Made by a program: the position numbers and the translations under genes. The notes under the pieces were generated by a model, which made no database searches, had not been told where the DNA came from, and was given only the letters and a program-made list of their open reading frames with translations. Shown here piece by piece: positions 8,868 to 18,129 of a DNA stretch of 64,000 nt (positions are counted from its first letter, which is position 1; each line of letters opens with the position of its first letter). Origin of the DNA: a virus (taxonomy: Duplodnaviria > Heunggongvirae > Uroviricota > Caudoviricetes); IMG/VR virus record IMGVR_UViG_3300017987_005500; one strand, written 5' to 3'.

Positions 8868-9468
8868 AATTTCCTATTTCACTCCAATCATCAAGTCTTG
8901 TTACATGAGCATGATGTGTATTGATAAGTTCATAGTCAACATTCCAAGGTTTGTTCATAAGGATTATACCTTTTTTCCATTCCTTTTTATATTTCAATAA
9001 AGAATTGACATGCTTGATTTGATCTTCAACAAAAAAGTCTAATTCTAAATCATTAGCAGGAAGTCCTTTTTCAATATGATGACCTGTCATATAAAGAAAG
9101 TCACATGGAAATCCCCAATTGAATAACCATGATTTTGTATAATTATATCCACTTAAAGATATTGGTCTTGAAGTTATATAATAAATCTCATATCCCATAT
9201 TACTTAATTTTTGTATAACTTCTTGTGCTCCTTCATATGGTTTTGATCTAAATTGAAATTTTGGATCATTAACCACACGAACTAACTCTTTCCCAATTAC
9301 TTTATTATATTCATCATCAGGAGTATACTTTGTATTGATAAGATCATACCCATATGCTTTTGAAAAGTCATAGTCTATATTCCATGTCTTTTTGATATAA
9401 CCTTTCATTTGTGCAAGTAAATTTGATATAACTTCGTCAATGTCAAATCCCAATCTTAATCTATACAT
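8851..9468 (-). CDS. 5'(3')-deoxyribonucleotidase (NT5C, HAD)
   Basis: FDIDEV, ITSR, FFVEDQ, KPWN. Confidence 0.8.
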   Translation of the reverse strand: MYRLRLGFDIDEVISNLLAQMKGYIKKTWNIDYDFSKAYGYDLINTKYTPDDEYNKVIGKELVRVVNDPKFQFRSKPYEGAQEVIQKLSNMGYEIYYITSRPISLSGYNYTKSWLFNWGFPCDFLYMTGHHIEKGLPANDLELDFFVEDQIKHVNSLLKYKKEWKKGIILMNKPWNVDYELINTHHAHVTRLDDWSEIGNYVKHF

Positions 9469-10088
9469 TATAAGTCACCATATCCACTATATACTTCATT
9501 TTCACTAACTCCAAGTCTACTAAGTAAACCCAAAACTAACTCTTTTGAAAATCCCATTAATGGAGCTTGGAAACTTATTGGAGAAGGTCCATTTATTTGA
9601 AGTAAATCATTCACTGAATCAATCCAATCTGGCATACAATCTGGGAAATTATTTAAGAGATCAGAATAGTCTGCTCCATACCAAATTTGATTAATTTCTT
9701 TACTTTCAGCGATTGATGCAGCAATTCCCACAAACATTAAATTCCTTGATGGAACATGCATCTCATGAACTAAACCAGAATCATTCTTGACTCCAGTTCC
9801 GGTGAGTCCACTATTTACCTGTAAGTTAGATAATTCAACTGTTTGATGTTTTATATCAAGTTTGGTCAATTGTCTTTCAGCAAACTCCAATTCTTCTTTA
9901 TGGTGCTGACCATAATCAATTAATACGCAATGAGGGTATTTTCCCAAACTTAATGCTAACTCTAATAATAATCTTGAGTCAGCTCCACCGCTATAAAGAA
10001 TTATCAAATCTGGCCATTGAGGTCTTGAAATTTCATGAACCCAAGGTTTTTTTGGTTCTTCCTTATCTGATTTGTCTTCGTTATCCAT
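9468..10088 (-). CDS. queC: QueC-like PP-loop ATPase lacking the C-terminal zinc site
   Basis: YSGGADS, DYGQHH, VPSRN, FPDC. Ends YSGYGDL. Start moved to the ATG at 10088 with AAGGAG. Confidence 0.75.
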   Translation of the reverse strand: MDNEDKSDKEEPKKPWVHEISRPQWPDLIILYSGGADSRLLLELALSLGKYPHCVLIDYGQHHKEELEFAERQLTKLDIKHQTVELSNLQVNSGLTGTGVKNDSGLVHEMHVPSRNLMFVGIAASIAESKEINQIWYGADYSDLLNNFPDCMPDWIDSVNDLLQINGPSPISFQAPLMGFSKELVLGLLSRLGVSENEVYSGYGDL

Positions 10089-10129
10089 AATTTCTCCTTT
10101 TCGCAATTCACAGTTTATGTATTATTTCC

Positions 10130-10208
10130 TTTATTATTTTGTTCTAAATGTTTTTGTAATTTACTAAAATATAATTTTGGATAAAACTTTATGTTATATA
10201 TATTAATT
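10130..10208. promoter_or_regulatory. Back-to-back class B (minus, 10130-10145) and class A (plus, 10195-10204) motifs
   Basis: AGAACAAAATAATAAA faces queC; TTTTGGATAAAAC-N7-TATATATATTAATT faces 10255. Confidence 0.6.
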
Positions 10209-10254
10209 ACTAGGTAGGAAGAATTGTTTTTAACAAATTTAAGGATAACTTAAA

Positions 10255-10470
10255 ATGGAGGTCATGATCATGGCAAAGAAAGACGAAAAGAAAGATACTA
10301 AGACAGATGAAGAAAAAGAAGAACGTAAAGAAAAATGGAAATTCTTCTTTAAGGAATCAGCAAAGTATGTTGGCGGTTTCATCGTTGGAGTCGGCACTAC
10401 ATTCATTACCCTGAATATTCTTAAGGGTGGCGGAGATGCTTCAAGCGATGCCGGCAGCGAATCATTATAA
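10255..10470 (+). CDS. Small single-TM membrane protein
   Basis: Charged N-terminus followed by hydrophobic YVGGFIVGVGTTFITLNIL. Confidence 0.65.
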   Translation: MEVMIMAKKDEKKDTKTDEEKEERKEKWKFFFKESAKYVGGFIVGVGTTFITLNILKGGGDASSDAGSESL

Positions 10471-10473
10471 AAT

Positions 10474-10522
10474 ATTCCCGAGTTATGGGAATCTTTTGGG
10501 AAGGGTTAAAACCTTCCTTTTT
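10474..10522 (+). terminator. Tandem hairpins, second with U-tract
   Basis: ATTCCC/GGGAAT, then GGAAGG/CCTTCC-TTTTT. Confidence 0.6.
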
Positions 10523-10536
10523 GGTAAGGAGTAATT

Positions 10537-11076
10537 ATGCAGATAAATATTCAGTATGCAAAAGAAGAAAAAGATAAAACAAAAGAGTCAGACTTTGCAG
10601 AGATTTCACCTGAGAATGCAAGTGATGATTATATGATGTGCATCGCAAAGAATCCGATTAAAGCATGGGAAAGAATTAATGCATATTACAAAGATACAAT
10701 GAAAATATCCCTGCGAGATCCAGATTTAACAAGCGATGATGATGAAAAAGTATCACCCTCAGTAGCATTTCCAGATGATGCACTAACTGATGCACTTGAA
10801 GCATATTTCTTCAATACCTCAGCTGTATTGGGTATCAATGGTAATGTGAATAAAATCAAGGCATTAAGATCTTTATATCATTTCAATAAGAAAACTGAAG
10901 TGGATGATCTTCCAGAGGGTATCAGTGAAGAAGATATATTGAAAGCAAAGGAATGGTTTGATAAAAGGAATGATGAAAAACCTGAACCAAGTGAAGCAGA
11001 TAAGAAAAGAATCAAAACAAAAAGAAAAAGAATTATCATTCAAATTGTTAAAGATTTCATCTTAAATGTTAAATAA
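10537..11076 (+). CDS. Hypothetical protein
   Basis: TAAGGAG RBS, 179 aa. Confidence 0.7.
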   Translation: MQINIQYAKEEKDKTKESDFAEISPENASDDYMMCIAKNPIKAWERINAYYKDTMKISLRDPDLTSDDDEKVSPSVAFPDDALTDALEAYFFNTSAVLGINGNVNKIKALRSLYHFNKKTEVDDLPEGISEEDILKAKEWFDKRNDEKPEPSEADKKRIKTKRKRIIIQIVKDFILNVK

Positions 11077-11078
11077 AT

Positions 11079-11119
11079 CCATCCTTAGTTGGGTGGTTAA
11101 AGGGGATTCACTCCTCTTT
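11079..11119. terminator. Tandem hairpins between convergent genes
   Basis: CCATCC/GGGTGG, then AAAGGGGA/TCCTCTTT. Confidence 0.5.
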
Positions 11120-12140
11120 ATTGATTCCATACTTTTATATTTTTTTCACATATTTTTTTGTAGGATAATCTATCCATATTTTTCCCTAACTCTTTATAAA
11201 GAGTATTATAAATATATATAGCATGTTTTACTCGTTCTTCGAAGTTATTATCATTAAATTCAACAACCCCATATTTTTTATAATAAGGTAAGAGTCTTGT
11301 CGTGTCCCTTATTAATAAAGGAGTCCCTGAACAAAGTATCTCAGTTGAAACTCTTGGACATCCATCTTGTAATGTTGAAGCAACGACTCCAAGATAACAT
11401 TGATTTAATATCCTATTTGCAGTTGGTCTATCAACCCAACCTTTAAAAATTATATTACTTACTCCATATTGTTTTGCTATTCTTCTTCCTTCATTTGGAT
11501 TATTTCCAAGATGAACTATTTTAAGAGTTTGTAAATATTTTGATTTAGATATTTCTTTTATTACAAACTTTTGACCCTTCATTTTAACCTGAGAGAAGTT
11601 TGAGATGAAACATATATCATATACAGGGGTTTTGTTTAAACGACGAAATATGAACGGATTGCACGTCTTAAAGAAAGGTATTCTCCCATTGATTAACTCT
11701 CTTTCATCTTCAACTAATATCTTATTATACTTTCCCCCATATTGAGGAGTTGTTCTTTTTCCTGCTCCAAGATATAATGTCTTTCCTAATGATTTTCCTT
11801 TAGCTTTCATTAAATCACAATACTCTTTAAAACCTCCTCTAAAAAAACTTACATCTGGTTTCCCATAATTAAACTTTGGATAATCAACACATTGTTTAAA
11901 ATCATCAACCCATCTTTGAACAAACCTTTTCCCATTAATATCTAATGTATAATGAGATTGTTTTTTAGGAGGATGAAGTCTCCATATTGTAACTTCATCA
12001 AATTCACCCATCTTTAACATTTCAACTCCCATCATTAAATAAAAGTCATGACAGTTTTGTTCAAATGTATCAAAGTCCTTATATGAATGATAATATTCAA
12101 GTGCTCTAATGTCAGATCTAAATATCCAAAGTCGTTTCAT
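11118..12140 (-). CDS. GT-B (family 4-like) glycosyltransferase
   Basis: FKGWVDR...DGCPRVSTEILCSGTP. Start moved to MKRLWIF (12140) because the longer start lies in promoter motifs. Confidence 0.75.
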   Translation of the reverse strand: MKRLWIFRSDIRALEYYHSYKDFDTFEQNCHDFYLMMGVEMLKMGEFDEVTIWRLHPPKKQSHYTLDINGKRFVQRWVDDFKQCVDYPKFNYGKPDVSFFRGGFKEYCDLMKAKGKSLGKTLYLGAGKRTTPQYGGKYNKILVEDERELINGRIPFFKTCNPFIFRRLNKTPVYDICFISNFSQVKMKGQKFVIKEISKSKYLQTLKIVHLGNNPNEGRRIAKQYGVSNIIFKGWVDRPTANRILNQCYLGVVASTLQDGCPRVSTEILCSGTPLLIRDTTRLLPYYKKYGVVEFNDNNFEERVKHAIYIYNTLYKELGKNMDRLSYKKICEKNIKVWNQ

Positions 12141-12152
12141 AAGTTTCCTTTT

Positions 12153-12199
12153 TTTATTTTGTTCCTTTATTATGGTTTTAACTTCCATATATATTAATT
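12153..12199. promoter_or_regulatory. Back-to-back class B (minus) and class A (plus) motifs
   Basis: GGAACAAAATAAA (12165-12153) and CATATATATTAATT (12186-12199). Confidence 0.55.
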
Positions 12200-12238
12200 A
12201 ATAGAAGATAAATTATTAACTCAAAATGAGGGGTATAT

Positions 12239-12478
12239 ATGTTAGAAATTAAAGTAGATGATGGAACCATCATAGTTCCAGAAGCATCAATTCATCACAT
12301 TTTAATTCCAGATTCTGGTAAATTAGAAAAAAAAGAAAAATTTGAATGCGCTGTAGTTTTGCATGGTCATGATTGTATGTATTCATATAAAATTAAGGAT
12401 TATAAAAAAGTTGAAGAATGGAAAAAGGATATTTTAACTCAGCTAAATATGAAGAAAAAGAAAAAAAATAAATTTTAA
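12239..12478 (+). CDS. Hypothetical protein
   Basis: GAGGGG RBS. Confidence 0.6.
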   Translation: MLEIKVDDGTIIVPEASIHHILIPDSGKLEKKEKFECAVVLHGHDCMYSYKIKDYKKVEEWKKDILTQLNMKKKKKNKF

Positions 12479-12512
12479 ACTTTTATTGATTAATTGAGGT
12501 CAAAAGAAAATT

Positions 12513-12968
12513 ATGAAAATAAAATTTGGATGTCACACAAAACTTTTCACAAATAACTTTTCAGAAGAATTTAGCACAGCAAAACTTGCAAGCGATGAAG
12601 AAATCATAGAATTTCTTCTTAGAGATTGTGGAGTTTCATATAAGGAAACTGAAAGGTCAGGTGAATTAATACCTGGAGATCATAATATTTGGTATTTAGC
12701 AACTGGCGAAAAATGGGGTTGGGTTCAAGTTGGAGAAAGAGAATGGAACTGGGGTATTGGAGAATCTTCATGGGAAATTGTAAATCAAGTATTATGGGAG
12801 ATTAAAGCAACCTTTCCAGCAAATCGAAATTCAACAACTGAATTGTATAATGTGATTCAGGAGGGTGAAAAGAATTTCGATTGTTATACTAAAATAGCTC
12901 CATATCTTATATCAAAAATAGATGGAACATTTTGGAAACGCCCTGAAGCACAACTTTGTGTTGAATAG
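12513..12968 (+). CDS. Hypothetical protein
   Basis: GAGGT RBS, Trp-rich, 151 aa. Confidence 0.65.
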   Translation: MKIKFGCHTKLFTNNFSEEFSTAKLASDEEIIEFLLRDCGVSYKETERSGELIPGDHNIWYLATGEKWGWVQVGEREWNWGIGESSWEIVNQVLWEIKATFPANRNSTTELYNVIQEGEKNFDCYTKIAPYLISKIDGTFWKRPEAQLCVE

Positions 12969-12974
12969 AATGTG

Positions 12975-13008
12975 TTTTGGATAGAACGCATAACTATATA
13001 TATTAATA
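12975..13008 (+). promoter_or_regulatory. Class A promoter-like motif
   Basis: TTTTGGATAGAAC-N7-TATATATATTAAT, same spacing as at 10175. Confidence 0.6.
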
Positions 13009-13121
13009 ATTGAATAAGAATTTAATATGTGTTAAATCTTATAGCTTTCACTAAGGAAGCAACCTTGATCCGGGTAACTAGGACGGAGGCGGGAGGGAAA
13101 TAGTCATAAGGAGAATACCTA

Positions 13122-13880
13122 ATGAAAAAAGCACTAATTAATTTAATTGTATTGGCAATGGCAGTAGCATTTAATTCAAACGTTTCAGCTCAGGTAATCG
13201 GCGGTGAGTTTATCACTCATAACGGTCCTGTAACTGTAACTGTAATGGAAAAGAATGCCGGTCATAACAGTACCTGGGGTTATGTAAATCCCGAAACTGG
13301 TGAAGAAATCGAACTGGGAAATACTTCTCAGGAAGGCGAATCTTATGAACTTCCAAACTTTGGTTGGGGAGCTCTATTAAGATTTTGGATTCACAATAAG
13401 ACTATTGACAGAAAGTTTTACACAGGCGCAGCATCTGTAAACTCTGATAACACAGAACATTGCCGTGTATTTGACTTAGATGTTAATTACTTTGAATTTC
13501 AATTTGAAGATCTTCCAGCTGATCATCGTGGATATGATGGGGACATGAATGACCTTATCTTTACACTTGATGGACCTGCTGAAATCGTTACTGATGAAGA
13601 CCCAGTGATCACAGTTGATCCAATGCTTACAGATGTGCCGAGAGTATATTTCGGACGTTACTCAGATAAGTATTATGGTTCAGCATGTGTTCTTGACTTG
13701 GTTATCAGAATTAATGATTCTGAAGCTTTGAATGAAATCGCAGCTGAAAATACTGAAGGTGGCGAATTTAGAATTGACACAATAATTACTTTCCCAAATG
13801 GAAAGAAAATTAGAGTGAATACAATTCAAGATTTGAATGACGCCACTCGAGCAGTTCATAAATTTATGTTAAAGAAATAA
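13122..13880 (+). CDS. Secreted protein with DUF4114-like domain
   Basis: Sec signal peptide (MKK...VSA|Q); FEDLP...DGDMNDLIF. Confidence 0.7.
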   Translation: MKKALINLIVLAMAVAFNSNVSAQVIGGEFITHNGPVTVTVMEKNAGHNSTWGYVNPETGEEIELGNTSQEGESYELPNFGWGALLRFWIHNKTIDRKFYTGAASVNSDNTEHCRVFDLDVNYFEFQFEDLPADHRGYDGDMNDLIFTLDGPAEIVTDEDPVITVDPMLTDVPRVYFGRYSDKYYGSACVLDLVIRINDSEALNEIAAENTEGGEFRIDTIITFPNGKKIRVNTIQDLNDATRAVHKFMLKK

Positions 13881-13891
13881 CCCCGACAGGG

Positions 13892-13929
13892 AGAGAGAGT
13901 ACTCATACTTAGGTATGGGTACTCTCTCT
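13892..13929. repeat. 17-bp inverted repeat
   Basis: AGAGAGAGTACTCATAC-TTAG-GTATGGGTACTCTCTCT, with one G-U pair on the plus strand. Confidence 0.8.
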
Positions 13930-13981
13930 ATCAAAAATGGAAAATCTTTTTTGCGTTTAATTAAAATTAAAAGGAGATAAA

Positions 13982-15085
13982 ATGGAAAGACACAGTTTTG
14001 AAAAATTGTATGCATTAGCTTCAACTGGTAAAGTAAAGACATGGCAAATTGAAGTACATGAAACAATGGAAGGTATTGGAATCATTACAACAAGTCACGG
14101 TTATCTTGATGGAAAGATTCAAAGTAACCCAAAACTTATTAAAAAGGGAAAGAATATAGGAAAGTCTAATGAGACAACTCCTTATCAGCAGGCATTCAAT
14201 GAAGCAGAGTCTAAATGGAAATCTAAAAAGGATCAAAATTATATTGAAACAATTCCTGATCCAAACGATGCTCCTAAAATCATTCTTCCAATGTTAGCAA
14301 TTGATTTCAATAAGAGATCTCATAATATAACATATCCTGCCTTAGCTCAAGCTAAATTGGATGGAGTGAGATGTCTTGCAATTCGCAAAGAAAATGAGAT
14401 TATATTTCAATCTCGAAATGGAAAAATATATGATACATTGGATCATTTAGTTTCAATCTTATTAGATCAGATGAAAGATGGTGATATATTTGATGGAGAA
14501 ATATATTGCCATGGATGGTCATTTCAAAAGATCATAAGCGCTGTTAAAAAGAAAAATGAGGATACCCCTCTCTTACAATTCTGGGTGTATGACAAAGCAG
14601 TTACTGGAGTTAAATTTATTGAAAGACTCCATATGCTTGAAAATACTATATATATAAATTCTTATATAAAGATACTTAGGACAGAAGAAGTTGCAAATAA
14701 AAATGCTGTTTTAGAAATGCATGACCCTCTTGTTAGAGAAGGATTTGAGGGAGTTATAATAAGAAACGTTGACGGAGAATATGTTTTTGACTATAGATCT
14801 AAAGACTTACAAAAATACAAAAAATTCAAAGACGAAGAATTTGTAATTGTTGGTTATGATGAAGGCACTGGACTTGAAGCAGGTTGTATTATCTTTATAT
14901 GTAGACAGGAAGATGGTTTGGAGTTTAGAGTTCGACCAAAAGGTTCTCGAGAATTAAGAAGAGAATGGTTTAAAGACGCTCAAAATATTATTGGGAAAGA
15001 ATTGACTGTAAGACACCAGGAACCAAGGACTGATGATAATATTCCAAGATTCCCAGTTGGAATTGCTATAAGGGATTATGAATAA
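13982..15085 (+). CDS. lig: ATP-dependent DNA ligase
   Basis: KLDGVR (motif I), FDGEIY, FWVYD, EGVIIR, KYK, RFP. Confidence 0.93.
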   Translation: MERHSFEKLYALASTGKVKTWQIEVHETMEGIGIITTSHGYLDGKIQSNPKLIKKGKNIGKSNETTPYQQAFNEAESKWKSKKDQNYIETIPDPNDAPKIILPMLAIDFNKRSHNITYPALAQAKLDGVRCLAIRKENEIIFQSRNGKIYDTLDHLVSILLDQMKDGDIFDGEIYCHGWSFQKIISAVKKKNEDTPLLQFWVYDKAVTGVKFIERLHMLENTIYINSYIKILRTEEVANKNAVLEMHDPLVREGFEGVIIRNVDGEYVFDYRSKDLQKYKKFKDEEFVIVGYDEGTGLEAGCIIFICRQEDGLEFRVRPKGSRELRREWFKDAQNIIGKELTVRHQEPRTDDNIPRFPVGIAIRDYE

Positions 15086-15306
15086 TGAAATGGATAAAAG
15101 ACTTAAAACATTTCGAAGAAGTTGTAGCTGATGCAAAAAGAAGAAAAATACAATTGAAGTATGAGTATGATGACCATGCAGTTATTTTCATTTTTAGTGA
15201 AAGTGAAGACGATGAAACTACAGTTGAATTTGACTATAGTTGGTATATTACAGATGCTATGAAAGCTATATTATCTGAAAAATATAATTTGACAGAGGTG
15301 TTATAA
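15085..15306 (+). CDS. Hypothetical protein
   Basis: TAATG coupling to neighbours. Confidence 0.6.
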   Translation: MKWIKDLKHFEEVVADAKRRKIQLKYEYDDHAVIFIFSESEDDETTVEFDYSWYITDAMKAILSEKYNLTEVL

Positions 15307-15848
15307 TGCCATATACATTAGATATTTTTGATAAAAGTGCTCCAGATAAATCTTACTTTTTTAATAATCGAGATGAACTGATGAAACATTTGCAGGATTA
15401 TCTAATTAGATATGAAGATGATGCTAAAAGATTAGGATATAAGACAATATGGATTTTAGAGTTACAAGGATTAATAAATTTCATGTGGGATTTATTCAAT
15501 GAACCTGATAGCAATTGTTTTCATTTCATTCATCATTACGATGGAAAAGAAGGGACTCTACTAACAAAGAAAGACGATTATATGATTGTTTATCAATATA
15601 AACAATGGGTGGAAAAAGTTGAGATTTTAGATGCTAATAAATTAAAAGATCTATTAATAAAAATGATAATAGATAGTCAAAATCCTGAAATAATTGCTGG
15701 TGATATACCTGTTCATTATTTACCTTTAGATAAGTTAATTCAAAAGGTATATGAAATGGGTGAGATACCAGGAAATGATTTTGGGAGAACCATTTTTAAA
15801 ATAGATTTAAACGATAACTGTTCAATTATAGAAAGGGAAAAAACATGA
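15306..15848 (+). CDS. Hypothetical protein
   Basis: GAGGTG RBS, coupled. Confidence 0.65.
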   Translation: MPYTLDIFDKSAPDKSYFFNNRDELMKHLQDYLIRYEDDAKRLGYKTIWILELQGLINFMWDLFNEPDSNCFHFIHHYDGKEGTLLTKKDDYMIVYQYKQWVEKVEILDANKLKDLLIKMIIDSQNPEIIAGDIPVHYLPLDKLIQKVYEMGEIPGNDFGRTIFKIDLNDNCSIIEREKT

Positions 15849-16300
15849 TTGTAGGAAAACTTATTCTGTGGGGAATGACATTATTGTTTACTTTACTCGG
15901 ACTTACTTCCGGTTATTATGGAAATCGTTTTGGGTTAGGTCTTTTTGGAGGAATCTCTGTTATAGTGTCATTATTATGGGCGTTACTTGTATATGCCTCA
16001 ATTTCAATGATAGATAAAATTAATAAAATTAAATCTATTGAAATATCATTTTGGTCTTTAATGCTTGATAATATGTTTCCCATTTTGATTGATTATCGAA
16101 TGTATAAAGATTATCTTTTAATAGGTATATTTATATGGAAAGCTCATTATATAATTCTCGGTATATATACAATATACACAATACTCAAACTTGCAATGCT
16201 TACATATGAGTCTATTTTATCAGAGTTTACTCCAATGACGGTGATTGAATATTTAAAAGATAAATGGGATAACCGAAATGAAAAAGAAGCAACTGTATAA
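15845..16300 (+). CDS. Multi-pass membrane protein
   Basis: Three or more hydrophobic segments. Confidence 0.6.
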   Translation: MIVGKLILWGMTLLFTLLGLTSGYYGNRFGLGLFGGISVIVSLLWALLVYASISMIDKINKIKSIEISFWSLMLDNMFPILIDYRMYKDYLLIGIFIWKAHYIILGIYTIYTILKLAMLTYESILSEFTPMTVIEYLKDKWDNRNEKEATV

Positions 16301-16709
16301 GAAATACATTCATGAGATGGCATGTATATCAATTGCTGTTGGAAGTGTTTCTTATCTATCAAGGCATTTTCCTGTATTTAAAGAACATCATGCAAAGATG
16401 CAAAAATACATTAATGAATTTGTCCCTAATTGGAATCATATTGGACGATGGGGAAAAGCTACAAAAGAGATTGATAAGAAATATTCAAATTGGATTGATA
16501 ATCATATTCCAAAAAATGAAAAATTAAATGCAATTGAATTTATAACAACTGTAATTGCATTGTTGACTGATCTTCTTACCACTGTCGAATATAGACACAA
16601 AGCATATATTGAGCGTTTATTGCAGATGGTTGAAGAATGTTTAGTTCATTTTGATGATGAAGATATTGAAAATTCCGTATTAGGTTTTGAAATGGCAAAC
16701 GGATTCTAA
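16278..16709 (+). CDS. Hypothetical protein
   Basis: ORF ends just before a terminator. Confidence 0.6.
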   Translation: MKKKQLYKKYIHEMACISIAVGSVSYLSRHFPVFKEHHAKMQKYINEFVPNWNHIGRWGKATKEIDKKYSNWIDNHIPKNEKLNAIEFITTVIALLTDLLTTVEYRHKAYIERLLQMVEECLVHFDDEDIENSVLGFEMANGF

Positions 16710-16712
16710 TTA

Positions 16713-16752
16713 TAAACCCTGACTTAGCAGTAAAGGTCAGGGTTTATTTTTT
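16713..16752 (+). terminator. Intrinsic terminator
   Basis: TAAACCCTGAC/GTCAGGGTTTA plus T-tract. Confidence 0.8.
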
Positions 16753-16763
16753 GCACAATTTGC

Positions 16764-16777
16764 TATATATATTAATT
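16764..16777 (+). promoter_or_regulatory. Class A promoter-like motif
   Basis: TATATATATTAATT followed by AGGTAGGA, as at 10195. Confidence 0.6.
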
Positions 16778-16825
16778 TATAAGGTAGGAGGAGTTGTATT
16801 AATTTTTTTAATATAGGAGGTTTGT

Positions 16826-17275
16826 ATGACAATTAAAGATCTAATGGATAAATATTTAACACTTTATGCAGAATATGAAGTGTTAATTGAATTATGTGAA
16901 CCCATATTTTCGCTTAAATATAAAATAGAGCGGATGGAAAAAACCCCAATACAAGCAGAAGTCTTAATAAAAGGTGTTGCTAAAGATGTAGTTTCACTTG
17001 GGAAAAGTCTTGAAGATAGAATAGATGAAATTGAAGTTGAACAGAGTAATCTTGCAATAAAACTTATGCAGCTATTATATGGATATAAGATTGGTGATAA
17101 GGTCCCATTCGATCATCAAGGAACTGGAGAGTCAGGACATATAATAGCTGAAGAAGCTTCTATTCATAGAATTGAAGGTAATGATCTTAGATTTATTATT
17201 TCAGGAAAGAGGTTTAGAAAAGATGGAAAACTAGGAAAACGAACAACTTCAGCCTACTTTAAATTATCAGACTGA
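16826..17275 (+). CDS. Hypothetical protein
   Basis: AGGAGG RBS; coiled coil plus RFRKDGKLG beta-hairpin. Confidence 0.65.
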   Translation: MTIKDLMDKYLTLYAEYEVLIELCEPIFSLKYKIERMEKTPIQAEVLIKGVAKDVVSLGKSLEDRIDEIEVEQSNLAIKLMQLLYGYKIGDKVPFDHQGTGESGHIIAEEASIHRIEGNDLRFIISGKRFRKDGKLGKRTTSAYFKLSD

Positions 17276-17635
17276 TCAATTGCGTTCTCCAGTATTTGCT
17301 TTCACACCGACTGCCCGATCATCCCAGATTTTCATTATATCTGGAGTCTTGACATTTGTCACTTCAAGGTCGGGTAGTCCATTATCTTTTACCCATTTCT
17401 TTACAGGGTCGATCCCTTTTTTTCCTGAGTCAGCTCTTGCTGTAAAAATTACAACATTTTTTCCTTGCTTAATCCATCGCTTAACTCTACTCATCATTTT
17501 AGGAACGGGTTCTCCAATATGATCATGACCTTTCCATCCATTATACTTCGCAAGAGTCCCATCCAAGTCAACTCCAATTTTTCCATCTTCATTTTCGTTA
17601 ATAAAGATATTTAAATAATTTTCAATTATAGTCAT
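17276..17635 (-). CDS. HAD-family phosphatase (polynucleotide kinase C-terminal-like)
   Basis: VDLDGTL, IFTAR, WDDRAV. Confidence 0.75.
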   Translation of the reverse strand: MTIIENYLNIFINENEDGKIGVDLDGTLAKYNGWKGHDHIGEPVPKMMSRVKRWIKQGKNVVIFTARADSGKKGIDPVKKWVKDNGLPDLEVTNVKTPDIMKIWDDRAVGVKANTGERN

Positions 17636-17645
17636 ATTTTCCTCA

Positions 17646-17699
17646 TTTTATTTTTTGTTCTTAGATTCATTATAGATGCACTTACTATATATATTAATT
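17646..17699. promoter_or_regulatory. Back-to-back class B (minus) and class A (plus) motifs
   Basis: AGAACAAAAAATAAAA (17661-17646) and TATATATATTAATT (17686-17699). Confidence 0.6.
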
Positions 17700-17797
17700 A
17701 CTGAGGATATTAAAATGCCCTCAGCAAATTGGAGATAAACGCACTTCGCGTTTAGATTTTATATTAAATTAATAACTTATAATTAAGGAGAATCATC

Positions 17798-18082
17798 ATG
17801 ACAAAAACAACTATAAATATTGATACAATTAAAAATGCAATTAATCTTTTCAATGAAACAAAGGCAATGGAACTCAAGATCAATGAGACTCTTGAAAGAA
17901 AGAATTTTAGACATTACAAAATTGAAACAATGTCAAAAGAAGCTTTCGTTAACCTAGTAAAAAGAGCAAAGAACAGCAGAGTATATCTGTCAATTATGGC
18001 ATCTAAACTTAAACAATATGTTCAGGATGTTCAAAATGCAGCATACAACTTAACTCTGTTAGTACCTACATTTGAAGTATAA
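17798..18082 (+). CDS. Hypothetical protein
   Basis: TAAGGAG RBS. Confidence 0.65.
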   Translation: MTKTTINIDTIKNAINLFNETKAMELKINETLERKNFRHYKIETMSKEAFVNLVKRAKNSRVYLSIMASKLKQYVQDVQNAAYNLTLLVPTFEV

Positions 18083-18129
18083 CCCTAACTTATAAATAAG
18101 TATAATTAAAATTAAAAAAGGAAATTAAT

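Noticed and set aside
5104-10088. Calling a 2-aminoadenine or 7-deazaguanine DNA system
   Set aside because: No purZ, dpdA, folE, queD or queE in the window, and the QueC-like protein lacks its zinc ligands. Left as an open hypothesis.
13040-13121. Known riboswitch (e.g. c-di-GMP) upstream of the DUF4114 gene
   Set aside because: Conserved consensus elements were not recognisable; kept only as an unassigned structured leader.
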